Shown piece by piece: positions 1 through 13,485 of a stretch of 64,000 nucleotides of DNA. The translations under genes and the position numbers were made by a program. Numbering within the stretch: the stretch's first letter is position 1; the number at the start of each line of letters is the position of its first letter. This DNA is from Scyliorhinus canicula (lineage: Eukaryota), in NCBI RefSeq assembly GCF_902713615.1, contig NC_052152.1:209801046-209865045 (forward strand), given 5' to 3'. The notes under the pieces were generated by a model. That model saw nothing but the letters and a program-made list of their open reading frames with translations, made no database searches and had not been told where the DNA came from.

Positions 1-328
1 CGTGTTACAGCACCTGTACAGAAACAGTCAGCACGCGTGTTACAGCACCTGTACAGAAACAATCAGCACGCGTGTTACAGTACCTGCACAGTAAACAGTC
101 AGCACGCGTGTTACAGCACCTCCACAGAAACTGTCAGCACGTGTTACAGTACCTGGTACAGAAACTGTCAGCACGCGTGTTACAGCACCTGTACAGAAAC
201 AGTCAGCACGCGTGTTACAGCACCTGTACAGAAACAGTCAGCACGCATGTTACAGCACCTGATACAGAAACAGTCAGCACGCGTGTTACAGCACCTGTAC
301 AGAAACAGTCAGCACGCGTGTTACAGCA
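1..328 (-). repeat. 35-bp minisatellite (about 9 copies, runs off the window) made of an ERGIC3 splice acceptor plus exon start
   Basis: Minus-strand unit cgtgctgactgtttctgtacag|GTGCTGTAACACG. Confidence 0.9.
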
Positions 329-654
329 GATAATCACAAGGACAGTGCACCATATTTGCAATAACAGACGGGAGTCTCTGCAGGTCAGTCGCCAGCTGGA
401 ATGGACAAACTTTGGGAGTTTCTCCAAACCGTGTGGAGTACATTCTGGAACATTACCCTGGAACACTCTGGAACATTACTCGGGAACACGCTGGAACATT
501 ACTCGGGAACATTACTCCGAGGATCACTCTGCATCTGTCTTCACAAAGGAAGTAACAGATGTGGTTGGCCAACATACAGGGTTGGTGCTGTATATTTGGA
601 TTCACAAAAGGAATTTGATAGACTTATGTGGAAGATCAAAGCACATAGGACTAG

Positions 655-935
655 CACGAGCAGTATGGTGGCACAGTGGTTAGCACTGCTGCCTCAACGT
701 GCCAGGGATCTGGATTCAATACCAGCCTCGTGTGACTGTGCAGAGTCTGCAAGTTCTCCCCGTGTCTGCGTGGGTTTCCTCTGGTTTCCTCCCACAGTCC
801 GAAGATGTGCAGATTAGATGGGGCTGTGGGAACAGGGTGGGGGATGGGCTGAGGTGGTATGCTCTTTCAGAGGGTTGGTGCAGACACGATGGGCCCAATG
901 GCCTCCTTCCAATGGCACTGTAGGGATTCTATGGA
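655..935 (+). mobile_element. tRNA-derived V-SINE/HE1-type SINE
   Basis: A/B boxes, ttctccccgtgtctgcgtgggtttcctc core, CR1-like tail. Confidence 0.85.
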
Positions 936-1456
936 TTAATTGGACAAGGGTAACTTGGAACAAAAAAAGAGATAGGATCACGGTGAACAAATATTTATCT
1001 GCCTTGTGGAATGCATGTAGTAGGTCCAAAGGTCAGTATTAGGATTGTTGTTTTGTGATATATAAATGATATAGGAAATAGGGAGCACAGCACAGGGAAC
1101 ACAGCACAGGGAACAATACTAAACTTTGCCCTGCAGTAAATAGTGAGGAGAATAATTGCAGACTTCAGGGGACTTTTACAGTCTGTTAAGTGGGCAGACT
1201 GGGTAAAGTATAATGTGGATGAGTTTGACGTGATGTACTTGAGGAGAAATAATCTGGTGTTGGTCAGGTAGGCACGAGATGATTATAGATTTTTAAAAAC
1301 CTAGTTGCTCTCTTTGGAAGGAACACTGTTGATCTTTCTGATGTCTTCCATGGGTCACCTGACCAGAAATCCCAGTAGTCTGGGTGACCATTTGTGCAAG
1401 AGCTGCATCTGGCTGGAGCAACTCGAGCTCGGGGTTTTGGAGCCAGGGGGGCATTA

Positions 1457-4260
1457 TAACAAAAGTACAGCACAGGAACAGGCCCTTCGGCCCTCCAAGC
1501 CCGTGCTGCCCGTCTAAACTAAAATCTTCTACACTTCCGGGGTCCGTATCCCAATATTCCCATCCTATTCATGTATTTGTCAAGATGCCCCTTAAATGTC
1601 ACTATCGTCCCTGCTTCCACCACCTCCTCCGGCAGCGAGTTCCAGGCACCCATTACCCTCGGTGTAAAAAAACTTGCCTCGTACATCTCCTCTAAACCTT
1701 GCCCCTCACACCGTAAACCTATGAACACTATACTCCAAGTGTGGCCTAACTAAGGTTCTATACAGCTGCAACATGACTTGCCAATTCTTCTACTCAATGC
1801 CCCGGCCAATAAAGGCAAGCATGCCGTCTGCCTTCTTGACTACCTTCTCCACCTGTGTAACCCCTTTCAGTGACCTGTGGGCCTATACACCTAGATCTCT
1901 CTGACTGTCAATACTCTTGAGGGTTCTACCATTCACTGTATATTCCCTATCTGTATTAGACCTTCCAAATACATTACCTCACATTTGTCCAGATTAAACT
2001 CCATCTGCCATCTCTCCGCCCAAGTCTCCAAACGATCTAAATCCTGCTGTATCCTCTGACAGTCCTCATCGCTATCCGCAATTCCACCAACCTTTGTGTC
2101 GTCTGCAAACTTACTAATCAGACCATCAGTTACATTTTCCTCCAAATCATTTATATATACTACGAACAGCAAAGGTCCCAGCACTGATCCCTGCGGAACA
2201 CCACTAGTCACAGCCCTCCAATTAGAAAAGCACCCTTCCATTGCTACTCTCTGCCTTCTATGAGCTAACCAGTTCTGTATCCACCTTGCCAGCTCACCTC
2301 TGATCCCGTGTGACTTTCCCGTCTGTACCAGTCTGCCATGAGACCTTGTCAAAGGCCTTACTGAAGTCCATAGAGACAACATCCACTGCCCTACCTGCAT
2401 CAATCATCTTTGTGATCTCCTCGAAAAAGTCCATCAAGTTAGTGAGACACGACCTCCCCTTCACAAAACCATGCTGCCTCTCACTAATACGTCCATTTGC
2501 TTCCAAATGGGAAAGATCCTGTTTCTTAAGTAGGTTCCCTACCATAGACGCAAGGTTCGCCAGCCTGTAGTTCCCTGGATTATCCTTGCTACCCTTCTTA
2601 AACAAAGGAACAACATTGGCTATTCTCCAGTCCTCCGGGACATCACCTGAAGACAGTGAGGATCCAAAGATTTCTGTCAAGACCTCAGCAATTTCCTCTC
2701 TAGTTTCCTTCAGTATTCTGGGGTAGATCCCATCAGGCCCTGGGGACTTATCTACCGTAATATTTTTCAAGACGCCCAACACCTCGTCTTTTTGGATCTC
2801 AATGTGACCCATCTATCTACACACCCCGCTCCAGACTCAACATCCACCAATTCCTTCTCTTTGGTGAATACTGATGCAAAGTACTCATTTAGTACCTCTC
2901 CCATTTGCTCTGGCTCCACACATAGATTCCCTCCCCTGTCCTTCAGTGGGCCAACCCTTTCCCTGGCTACCCTCTTGCTTTTTATGTACGTGTAAAAAGC
3001 CTTGGGATTTTCCTTAACCCTATTTTCCAACGACTTTTCGTGACCCCTTCTAGCCCTCCTGACTCCTTGCTTAAGTTCCTTCCTACTTTCCTTATATTGC
3101 ACACAGGCTTCGTCTGTTCCCAGCCTTCTAGCCCTGACAAATGCCTCCTTTTTCCTTTTGACGTGGCCTACAATATCTCTCGTTATCCAAGGTTCCCGAA
3201 ATTTGCCGTATTTATCCTTCTTCCGCACAGGAACATGCCGATCCTGAATTCCTTTCAACTGACATTTGAAAGCCTCCCACATGTCAGATGTTGATTTACC
3301 CTCAAACATCTGCCCCCAATCTAGGTTCTTCAGTTCCTGCCTAATATTGTTATAATTAGCCTTCCCCCAATTTAGCACATTCACCCTAGGACCATTCTTA
3401 TCCTTGTCCACCAGCACTTTAAAACTTACTGAATTGTGGTCACTGTTCCCGAAATGCTCCCCGACTGAAACTTCTACCACCTGGCCAAGCTCATTCCCCA
3501 ATACCAGGTCCAGTACAGCCCCTTCCCTAGTTGGACTGTCTACATATTGTTTTAAGAAGCCCTCCTGGATGCTCCTTACAAACTCTGCCCTGTCCAAGCC
3601 CCTCGCACTAAGTGAGTCCCAGTCAATATTGGGGATGTTGAAGTCTCCCATCACAACAACCCTGTTGCTTTTACTCCTTTCCAAAATCTGTCTACCTATC
3701 TGCTCCTCTATCTCCCGCTGGCTGTTGGGAGGCCTGTAGTAAACCCCCAACATTGTGACTGCACCCTTCTTATTCCTGATCTCTACTCACATAGCCTCGC
3801 TGCCCTCTGAGGGGTCCTCCCGCAGTACAGCTGTGATATTCTCCCTAACCAGTAGCGCAACTCTGCCGCCCCTTTTACATCCCCCTCTATCCCGCCTGAA
3901 ACATCTAAATCCTGGAATGTTTAGCTGCCAATCCTGTCCTTCCCCAACCTGGTCTCTGTAATGGCAACAACATCATAGTTCCAAGTACTAATCCAAGCTC
4001 TAAGTTCATCTGCCTTACCCGTAATGCTTCTTGCATTAAAACATGTGCACTTCAGGCCACCAGACCCGCTGTGTTCAGCATCATCTCCCTGTCTGCTCTG
4101 CCTCACAGCCATACTGGCCCTATTCCCTAATTCTCCCTCAATGCTTTCACCTTCTGACCTATTGCTCCGGTACCCACCCCCCTGCCATACTAGTTTAAAC
4201 CCTCCCGTGTGACACTAGCAAACCTCACGGCCAGGATATTTATGCCTCTCCAGTTTAGAT
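1457..4260 (-). mobile_element. CR1-type LINE (endonuclease + RT), frameshifted and internally deleted
   Basis: ORFs 3921-4112 (FNARSI), 2767-3753 (GVYYRPP, GDFN, SDH), 2294-2812 (KSPGPDG, DFSKAFD), 1933-2403 ([15 protein letters not shown]), plus 3' tail. Confidence 0.93.
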
Positions 4261-4326
4261 GGTCCCTTTGCGAGGTTGAGGGGCGTTTGGATAGTACTTT
4301 CAGGGCAGGGTCACCCTGCAGCCCGA

Positions 4327-6347
4327 GGGAGATCAGGCAGAGAGGGAATGGGAGATCAGGCAGAGGGAGAATGGGAGATCAGGCAGAGAGGGAATGGGAG
4401 ATCAGGCAGAGAGGCAATGGGAGATCAGGCAGAGAGGGAATGGGAGATCAGGCAGAGAGGGAATGGGAGATCAGGCAGAGAGGGAATGGGTGATCAGGCA
4501 GAAAGGGAATGAGAGATCACGCAGAGAGGGAATGGGAGATCAGGCAGAGAGGGAATGGGAGATCAGGCAGAGAGGGAATGGGAGATCAGGCAGAGAGGGA
4601 ATGGGAGATCAGGCAGAGAGGGAATGGGAGATCAGGCAGAGAGGGAATGGGAGATCAGGCAGAGAGGGAATGGGAGATCAGGCAGAGAGGGAACGGGAGA
4701 TCAGGCAGAGAGGGAACGGGAGATCAGGCAGAGAGGGAATGGGAGATCAGGCAGAGAGGGAATGGGAGATCAGGCAGAGAGGGAATGGGAGATCAGGCAG
4801 AGAGGGAATGGGAGATCAGGCAGAGAGGGAATGGGAGATCAGGCAGAGCGGGAAAGGGAGATCAGGCAGAGAGGGAATGGGTGATCAGGCAGAAAGGGAA
4901 TGAGAGATCACGCAGAGAGGGAATGGGAAATCAGGCAGAGAGGGAATGGGAGATCAGGCAGAGAGGGAATGGGAGATCAGGCAGAGAGGGAATGGGAGAT
5001 CAGGCAGAGAGGGAATGGGAGATCAGGCAGAGAGGGAATGGGAGATCAGGCAGAGAGGGAATGGGAGATCAGGCAGAGAGGGAATGAGAGATCAGGCAGA
5101 GAGGGAATGGGTGATCAGGCAGAGAGGGAATGGGAGATCAGGCAGAGAGGGAATGGGTGATCGAGCAGAGAGGGAATGGGAGATCAGGCAGAGAGGGAAT
5201 GGGAGATCAGGCAGAGAGGGAATGGGTGATCGAGCAGAGAGGGAATGGGTGATCGAGCAGAGGGGGAATGGGTGATCAGGCAGAGAGGGAATGGGAGATC
5301 AGGCAGAGAGGGAATGGGAGATCAGGCAGAGAGGGAATGGGAGATCAGGCAGAGAGGGAATGGGAGATCAGGCAGAGAGGGAATGGGTGATCAGGCAGAG
5401 AGGGAATGGGAGATCAGGCAGAGAGGGAATGGGAGATCAGGCAGAGAGGGAATGGGAGATCAGGCAGAGAGGGAATGGGTGATCGAGCAGAGAGGGAATG
5501 GGTGATCGAGCAGAGAGGGAATGGGTGATCGAGCAGAGAGGGAATGGGAGATCAGGCAGAGAGGGAATGGGTGATCAGGCAGAGAGGGAATGGGAGATCA
5601 GGCAGAGAGGGAATGGGTGATCAGGCAGAGAGGGAATGGGTGATCAGGCAGAGAGGGAATGGGTGATCAGGCAGAGAGGGAATGGGAGATCAGGCAGAGA
5701 GGGAATGGGAGATCAGGCAGAGAGGGAATGGGAGATCAGGCAGAGAGGGAATGGGAGATCAGGCAGAGGGAATGGGTGATCAGGCAGAGAGGGAATGGGA
5801 GATCAGGCAGAGAGGGAATGGGAGATCAGGCAGAGAGGGAATGGGTGATCAGGCAGAGAGGGAATGGGTGATCAGGCAGAGAGGGAATGGGTGATCAGGC
5901 AGAGAGGGAATGGGAGATCAGGCAGAGAGGGAATGGGAGATCAGGCAGAGAGGGAATGGGAGATCAGGCAGAGAGGGAATGGGAGATCAGGCAGAGGGAA
6001 TGGGTGATCAGGCAGAGAGGGAATGGGAGATCAGGCAGAGAGGGAATGGGAGATCAGGCAGAGAGGGAATGGGAGATCAGGCAGAGAGGGAATGGGAGAT
6101 CAGGCAGAGAGGGAATGGGAGATCAGGCAGAGAGGGAATGGGAGATCAGGCAAAGAGGGAATGGGAGATCAGGCAGAGAGGGAATGGGAGATCAGGCAGA
6201 GAGGGAATGGGAGATCAGGCAGAGGGAATGGGAGATCAGGCAGAGAGGGAATGGGAGATCAGGCAGAGGGAATGGGAGATCAGGCAGAGAGGGAATGGGA
6301 GATCAGGCAGAGAGGGAATGGGAGATCAGGCAGAGAGGGAATGGGTG
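4327..6347 (+). repeat. 23-bp minisatellite (gggagatcaggcagagagggaat) inside a CR1 ORF1 relic
   Basis: Tandem units run directly into AEREWVTARLRKGERQVVRESP. Confidence 0.95.
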
Positions 6348-6419
6348 ACTGCCAGACTGAGGAAGGGGGAGAGGCAGGTTGTGAGGGAATCCCCCGAGGG
6401 ACAGTCCCTCTGTGGAGTG

Positions 6420-8410
6420 GGGTCTGGAACACTCCTTGTTCTGGTCCTACTCACACCCTCTCCCACAATTCCGTTACACCGGTGACTATATCACAGCCGC
6501 TTCGCGCTCTCGTCTGAACCTGGAAAAGTTATTCAATTTCCACCCCCCTCTCTCACCTTCACATCGTCCATCTCCGACACTCCCTTCCCACCCCCCTCTC
6601 TCACCTTCACATCGTCCATCTCCGACACTCCCTTCCCGGACCTCTCTCTCCTTCACATCGTCCATCTCCGACACTCCCTTCCCTGACCTCTCTCTCCTTC
6701 ACATCGTCCATCTCCGACACTCCCTTCCCTGACCTCTCTCTCCTTCACATCGTCCATCTCCGACACTCCCTTCCCTGACCGCTCACCTTCACATCGTCCA
6801 TCTCCGACACTCCCTTCCCTGACCTCTCTCTCCTTCACATCGTCCATCTCCGACACTCCCTTCCCTGACCGCTCACCTTCACATCGTCCATCTCCGACAC
6901 TCCCTTCCCTGACCTCTCTCTCCTTCACATCGTCCATCTCAGACACTCCCTTCCCTGACCCCTCTCTCCTTCACATCGTCCATCTCTGACACTCCCTTCC
7001 CTGACCCCTCTCTCCTTCACATCGTCCATCTCTGACACTCCCTTCCCTGACCCCTCTCTCCTTCACATCGTCCATCTCCGACACTCCCTTCCCTGACCTC
7101 TCTCTCCTTCACATCGTCCATCTCTGACACTCCCTTCCCTGACCCCTCTCTCCTTCACATCGTCCATCTCCGACACTCCCTTCCCTGACCCCTCTCTCCT
7201 TCACATCGTCCATCTCTGACACTCCCTTCCCTGACCCCTCTCTCCTTCACATCGTCCATCTCTGACACTCCCTTCCCTGACCTCTCTCACCTTCACATCG
7301 TCCATCTCCGACACTCCCTTCCCTGACCGCTCACCTTCACATCGTCCATCTCCAACAGTCCCTTCCCTGACCGCTCACCTTCACATCGTCCATCTCCGAC
7401 ACTCCCTTCCCTGACCTCTCTCCTTCACATCGTCCATCTCCGACACTCCCTTCCCTGACCTCTCTCTCCTTCACATCGTCCATCTCCGACACTCCCTTCC
7501 CTGATCTCTCTCACCTTCACATCGTCCATCTCCGACACTCCCTTCCCTGACCTCTCTCCTTCACATCGTCCATCTCTGACACTCCCTTCCCTGACCTCTC
7601 TCTCCTTCACATCGTCCATCTCCGACACTCCCTTCCCTGACCTCTCTCTCCTTCACATCGTCCATCTCCGACACTCCCTTCCCTGACCTCTGTCTCCATA
7701 TCTGGTGACAGACTGACCACCAATATCCATTACAAACCCACCGACTCCCACAGCTACATCGATTACAGCTCAACCCATTTCTGCAAGGACTCCATCCAAT
7801 TCTCCCAGTTTCTCAGTCTCCACCACATCGGTTCCGATGATGCCACCTTTCAAACCGTGCTTTAGACATGTCTGCCTTTTCCTTAACCAAAGTTCACCTT
7901 TCACCCCATCAGTCTCCAAATTCAAAAGATCATCCACTGGAACTTCCATGATGCCACCACAAAACACATCTTCCCCTCACCTCCCCTGCCAACATTCTGT
8001 CGGGATTGCTCCGTCCATCACCCCCAACCCTTCATCCCCATCCCAAGCAATCGCTGACGGTGCAACACCCTTCACTTCTTCCCTCCTCACTGGCCTGAGG
8101 CGCAAACACTCCTTTCTGGTGAAGCAGTGATTCACTTGCATCTCCTATAATTTGGTCGACTGTATTTGCTGCTCCCAATGGGGTTTCTTCAACACTGGGA
8201 GACAAAATGAAGACAGGGTGACCACTTTCCAGGACACCTTCACTCCGTCAGCAAGCACAGCCCCAACCTTTTCTGTTGCTGGTCATTTCAACTGAGCGTC
8301 TTGCTCTCGCGTCCACATGTCCATCCTCAGCCTGCTGCAATGTTCCAGTGAAGCCCAGCGCAAACTGGAATGACAGCACCTCATCTTCCAATTAGGCACG
8401 TTACATTCTT
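6420..8410 (+). mobile_element. Penelope-like element relic (RT + GIY-YIG endonuclease)
   Basis: EHSLF..LPQFRYTGDYI (degenerate YIDD), FNFHP, LSVSISGDRLTTNIHYKPTDSHSY, HFN, KLE*QHLIFQLGTL. Confidence 0.8.
6545..7690 (+). repeat. 44-46-bp minisatellite inside a Penelope RT relic
   Basis: Unit tccatctccgacactcccttccctgacctctctctccttcacatcg. Confidence 0.95.
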
Positions 8411-8461
8411 CCGAACGCAACTTGCAGATAAAACTGTGTCAGAGGGTGGGAGGTCTTCAAG

Positions 8462-10538
8462 GAGGAGATAGCGAGAGTACAAGGCCAGAGGAGACAGCCA
8501 GAGTACAGGGGCAGAGGAGACAGCGAGAGTACAGGGCCAGAGGAGACAGCGAGAGTACAGGGCCAGAGGAGACAGCCAGAGTACAGGGGCAGAGGAGACA
8601 GCCAGAGTACAGGGCCAGAGGAGACAGCGAGAGTACAGGGCCAGAGGAGACAGCCAGAGTACAGGGGCAGAGGAGACAGCGAGAGTACAGGGCCAGAGGA
8701 GACAGCAAGAGTACAGGGCCAGAAGAGACAGCGAGAGTACAGGGCCAGAGGAGACAGCGAGAGTACAGGGCCAGAGGAGACAGCCAGAGTACAGGGCCAG
8801 AGGAGACAGCGAGAGTACAGGGCCAGAGGAGACAGCGAGAGTACAGGGCCAGAGGAGACAGCGAGAGTACAGGGCCAGAGGAGACAGCGAGAGTACGAGG
8901 CCAGAGGAGACAGCGAGAGTACGAGGCCAGAGGAGACAGCGAGAGTACGAGGCCAGAGGAGACAGCGAGAGTACAGGGCCAGAGGAGACAGCGAGAGTAC
9001 AGGGCCAGAGGAGACAGCGAGAGTAAAAGGCCAGAGGAGACAGCAAGAGTACAGGGCCAGAGGAGACAGCGAGAGTACGAGGCCAGAGGAGACAGCGAGA
9101 GTACGCGGCCAGAGGAGACAGCGAGAGTACGCGGCCAGAGGAGACAGCGAGAGTACGCGGCCAGAGGAGACAGCGAGAGTACGCGGCCAGAGGAGACAGC
9201 GAGAGTACGCGGCCAGAGGAGACAGCGAGAGTACGCGGCCAGAGGATACCAGCGAGAGTACAGGGCCAGAGGAGACAGCGAGAGTACAGGGCCAGAGGAT
9301 GACAGCGAGAGGTACAGGGCCAGAGGAGACAGCGAGAGTACAGGGCCAGAGGAGACAGCGAGAGTACAGGGCCAGAGGAGACAGCGAGAGTACAGGGCCA
9401 GAGGAGACAGCGAGAGTACAGGGCCAGAGGAGACAGCGAGAGTACAGGGCCAGAGGAGACAGCGAGAGCACAGGGCCAGAGGAGACAGCGAGAGCACAGG
9501 GCCAGAGGAGACAGCGAGAATACAGGGCCAGAGGAGACAGCGAGAGTACAAGGCCAGAGGAGACAGCGAGAGTACGAGGCCAGAGGAGACAGCGAGAGTA
9601 CAGGGCCAGAGGAGACAGCGAGAGTACAGGGCCAGAGGAGACAGCGAGAGTACAGGGCCAGAGGAGACAGCGAGAGTACGAGGCCAGAGGAGACAGCGAG
9701 AGTACGCGGCCAGAGGAGACAGCGAGAGTACGCGGCCAGAGGAGACAGCGAGAGTACGCGGCCAGAGGAGACAGCGAGAGTACGCGGCCAGAGGAGACAG
9801 CGAGAGTACGCGGCCAGAGGAGACAGCGAGAGTACGCGGCCAGAGGAGACAACGAGAGTACAGGGCCAGAGGAGACAGCGAGAGTACGAGGCCAGAGGAG
9901 ACAGCGAGAGTACAGGGCCAGAGGAGACAGCGAGAGTACAGGGCCAGAGGAGACAGCGAGAGTACAGGGCCAGAGGAGACAGCGAGAGTACAGGGCCAGA
10001 GGAGACAGCGAGAGTACAGGGCCAGAGGAGACAGCGAGAGTACAGGGCCAGAGGAGACAGCGAGAGTACAGGGCCAGAAGAGACAGCGAGAGTACAGGGC
10101 CAGAGGAGACAGCGAGAGTACAGGGCCAGAGGAGACAGCGAGAGTACAGGGCCAGAGGAGACAGCGAGAGTACAGGGCCAGAGGAGACAGCGAGAGTACA
10201 GGGCCAGAGGAGACAGCGAGAGTACAGGGCCAGAGGAGACAGCGAGAGTACAGGGCCAGAGGAGACAGCGAGAGTACAGGGCCAGAGGAGACAGCGAGAG
10301 TACAGGGCCAGAAGAGACAGCGAGAGTACAGGGCCAGAGGAGACAGCGAGAGTACAGGGCCAGAGGAGACAGCGAGAGTACAGGGCCAGAGGAGACAGCG
10401 AGAGTACAGGGCCAGAGGAGACAGCGAGAGTACAGGGCCAGAGGAGACAACGAGAGTACAGGGCCAGAGGAGACAGCGACAGTACAGGGCCAGAGGAGAC
10501 AACGAGAGTACAGGGCCAGAGGAGACAGCGAGGGTACA
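8462..10538 (+). repeat. 26-bp minisatellite (cagcgagagtacagggccagaggaga)
   Basis: About 80 tandem copies; begins in CR1-like text LADKTVSEGWEVFKEEIARVQGQ. Confidence 0.95.
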
Positions 10539-10542
10539 ATTT

Positions 10543-10848
10543 AAGAACATACAGTGCAGAAGGAGGCCACTCGCCCATCGAGTCTGCACCGACCCACTTC
10601 AGCCCTCACTCCCACCCTATCCCCATAACCTCTCCCAACCTTTTTGGTCACTAAGGGCAATTTCTCATGGCCAATCCACCTAACCTGCACGTCGTTGGAC
10701 TGTGGGAGGAAACCGGAGCTCCCGGAGGAAACCCACGCAGACATGGGGAGAACTTGCAGACTTCACATAGACAGTGACCCAAGCCGGAATCGAACCTGGG
10801 ACCCTGATGCTGTAAAGCAACAGTGCTAACCACCATGCTACTGTGCTA
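10543..10848 (-). mobile_element. V-SINE/HE1-type SINE
   Basis: Reverse complement of the same consensus. Confidence 0.9.
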
Positions 10849-10849
10849 C

Positions 10850-13010
10850 CCATGGTAAATTGGACAAGAAATTAAGGTCCCATGTGATGCAAGGAAAAGT
10901 GTCATAGAGGAACCAGAATGAGCCGAGAGGCAGGAAGCAGAGGGCGAAGGTAGAGGGATTTTCCTGTGACAGGAAATCTGTTTCCAGTGGGATTCGCAGG
11001 GCTCGATGCTGGGCTCCTTCTTATTTGTGCTGCACATTAATCATCTGCACTTAAATGTAAGAGGGAGGAGCACAGACTGCGGGGGGATAGCCACAGACTG
11101 CGGGGGGGATAGCCACAGACTGCGGGGGGGATAGCCACAGACTGCGGGGGGGATAGCCACAGACTGCGGGGGGGATAGCCACAGACTGCGGGGGGATAGC
11201 CACAGACTGCGGGGGGATAGCCACAGACTGCGGGGGGATAGCCACAGACTGCGGGGGGATAGCCACAGACTGCGGGGGGATAGCCACAGACTGCGGGGGG
11301 ATAGCCACAGACTGCGGGGGGATAGCCACAGACTGCGGGGGGATAGCCACAGACTGCGGGGGGATAGCCACAGACTGCGGGGGGGATAGCCACAGACAGA
11401 GGGATAGCCACAGACTGCGGGGGGATAGCCACAGACTGCGGGATAGCCACAGACTGCGGGGGGATAGCCACAGACTGCGGGGGGATAGCCACAGACTGCG
11501 GGGGGGATAGCCACAGACTGCGGGGGGGATAGCCACAGACTGCGGGGGGATAGCCACAGACTGCGGGGGGATAGCCACAGACTGCGGGGGGGATAGCCAC
11601 AGACTGCGGGATAGCCACAGACTGCGGGGGGATAGCCACAGACTGCGGGATAGCCACAGACTGCGGGATAGCCACAGACTGCGGGATAGCCACAGACTGC
11701 GGGGGGATAGCCACAGACTGCGGGATAGCCACAGACTGCGGGGGGATAGCCACAGACTGTGGGGGGATAGCCACAGACTGCGGGGGGATAGCCACAGACT
11801 GCGGGGGGGATAGCCACAGACTGCGGGGGGGATAGCCACAGACTGCGGGGGGATAGCCACAGACTGCGGGATAGCCACAGACTGCGGGGGGATAGCCACA
11901 GACTGCGGGGGGATAGCCACAGACTGCGGGGGGATAGCCACAGACTGTGGGGGGATAGCCACAGACTGCGGGATAGCCACAGACTGCGGGATAGCCACAG
12001 ATTGCGGGGGGATAGCCACAGACTGCGGGGTAGCCACAGACTGCGGGGGGATAGCCACAGACTGCGGGATAGCCACAGACTGTGGGGGGATAGCCACAGA
12101 CTGTGGGGGGATAGCCACAGACTGCGGGATAGCCACAGACTGCGGGGGGATAGCCACAGACTGCGGGATAGCCACAGACTGCGGGGGGATAGCCACAGAC
12201 TGCGGGATAGCCACAGACTGCGGGGGGATAGCCACAGACTGCGGAGTAGCCACAGACTGCGGGGGGATAGCCACAGACTGCGGGATAGCCACAGACTGCG
12301 GGATAGCCACAGACTGCGGGATAGCCACAGACTGCGGGATAGCCACAGACTGCGGGATAGCCACAGACTGCGGGGGGATAGCCACAGACTGCGGGGGGAT
12401 AGCCACAGACTGCGGGGGGATAGCCACAGACTGCGGGATAGCCACAGACTGCGGGGGGATAGCCACAGACTGCGGGATAGCCACAGACTGCGGGATAGCC
12501 ACAGACTGCGGGGGGATAGCCACAGACTGCGGGGGGATAGCCACAGACTGCGGGGGGATAGCCACAGACTGCGGGGGGGATAGCCACAGACTGCGGGGGG
12601 ATAGCCACAGACTGCGGGGGGATAGCCACAGACTGCGGGATAGCCACAGACTGCGGGATAGCCACAGACTGCGGGATAGCCACAGACTGCGGGATAGCCA
12701 CAGACTGCGGGAGGGTAGCCACAGACTGCGGGGGGATAGCCACAGACTGCGGGATAGCCACAGACTGCGGGATAGCCACAGACTGCGGGATAGCCACAGA
12801 CTGCGGGGGGATAGCCACAGACTGCGGGGGGATAGCCACAGACTGCGGGGGGATAGCCACAGACTGTGGGGGGATATGAATGGACTGGTCAGGTGGACAG
12901 AGCAGTGGAAAATGGAATTCTATCCGAAAAAGTGTGAGGTAATGCACTTGGGGAGGACAGCAAGGTCAAGGATTACACTATGAATGGTAGGACTGTGGAA
13001 AGTATCGGAG
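10850..13010 (+). mobile_element. Degenerate CR1 RT fragment hosting the 11070-12876 array
   Basis: HG..GK..RKQR..SG..QGS.LG motifs before the array; WKMEF..KKCEVMHLG after it. Confidence 0.75.
11070..12876 (+). repeat. 18-22-bp minisatellite ((g)n-atagccacagactgc) inside a CR1 RT relic
   Basis: Variable G-run; exits into RLWGDMNGLVRWTEQWKMEFYPKKCEVMHLGR. Confidence 0.95.
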
Positions 13011-13485
13011 TGAATATCTCAGTTGTTCCCATCCTGTGTACCAGGGCACAGGAATGTGTAAATGTCCGGCAGTCTGCTGCAGAATGGCTCGGTGTCTGCA
13101 GTCCTGGCAGCAGGGACTGGAAAGGAGAGTAGGCCCTGGTCTGGGAGTCCAGCTTCGGAATCCCTGCGGGTATGAGAGGCAGGTACATCAAATAAAAATA
13201 AACCATGACCCAGATTGGTCTCCCACCTCCAAATGGTTCAAACAATTGATCCAAGTGCGTGGAGGCCACAGAGTCAAACACACACACAAATGTTTGTCTT
13301 TACCCAGGAGCCCCTTCACTGGTCAGTGTTGACCGTGAGGGAAATGGTGGGACTCCGGTTTGAAGCCAGTACTGCTCCTCAGGTTTCGGTTAACCTGCCA
13401 CATGAAATTCCAACATCTCCGCTCACATTTCACATTTTCATCCAACAGTTCAGCAATGGGATATTTTTTTTAAAAGCATCATAAT

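Larger units (their letters stand above)
1335..6412 (+). mobile_element. Older CR1 ORF1 relic, split by the 1457-4260 LINE and the 23-bp array
   Basis: DHLCKSCIWLEQLELGV (1385-1450), then LDSTF..VT (4265-4325), then EWVTAR..RQVVRESP (6335-6410); same motif order as ORF1 pieces at 43447 and 50083. Confidence 0.7.

Noticed and set aside
4209-6517. Charged repeat proteins (GDQAEREWEIRQR)
   Set aside because: Artefact of the 23-bp array.
8381-12947. Long ORFs of 450-750 aa on both strands
   Set aside because: Translations of 26-bp and 18-22-bp minisatellites that lack stops; no unique domain or splice structure.
12973-13484. Unique-looking stretch as candidate CYC1 exon 6/7 or another ERGIC3 exon
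   Set aside because: No expected motifs (TPATMSQ, WAxEPEHD, VREAYRRRGW) seen in the translations.
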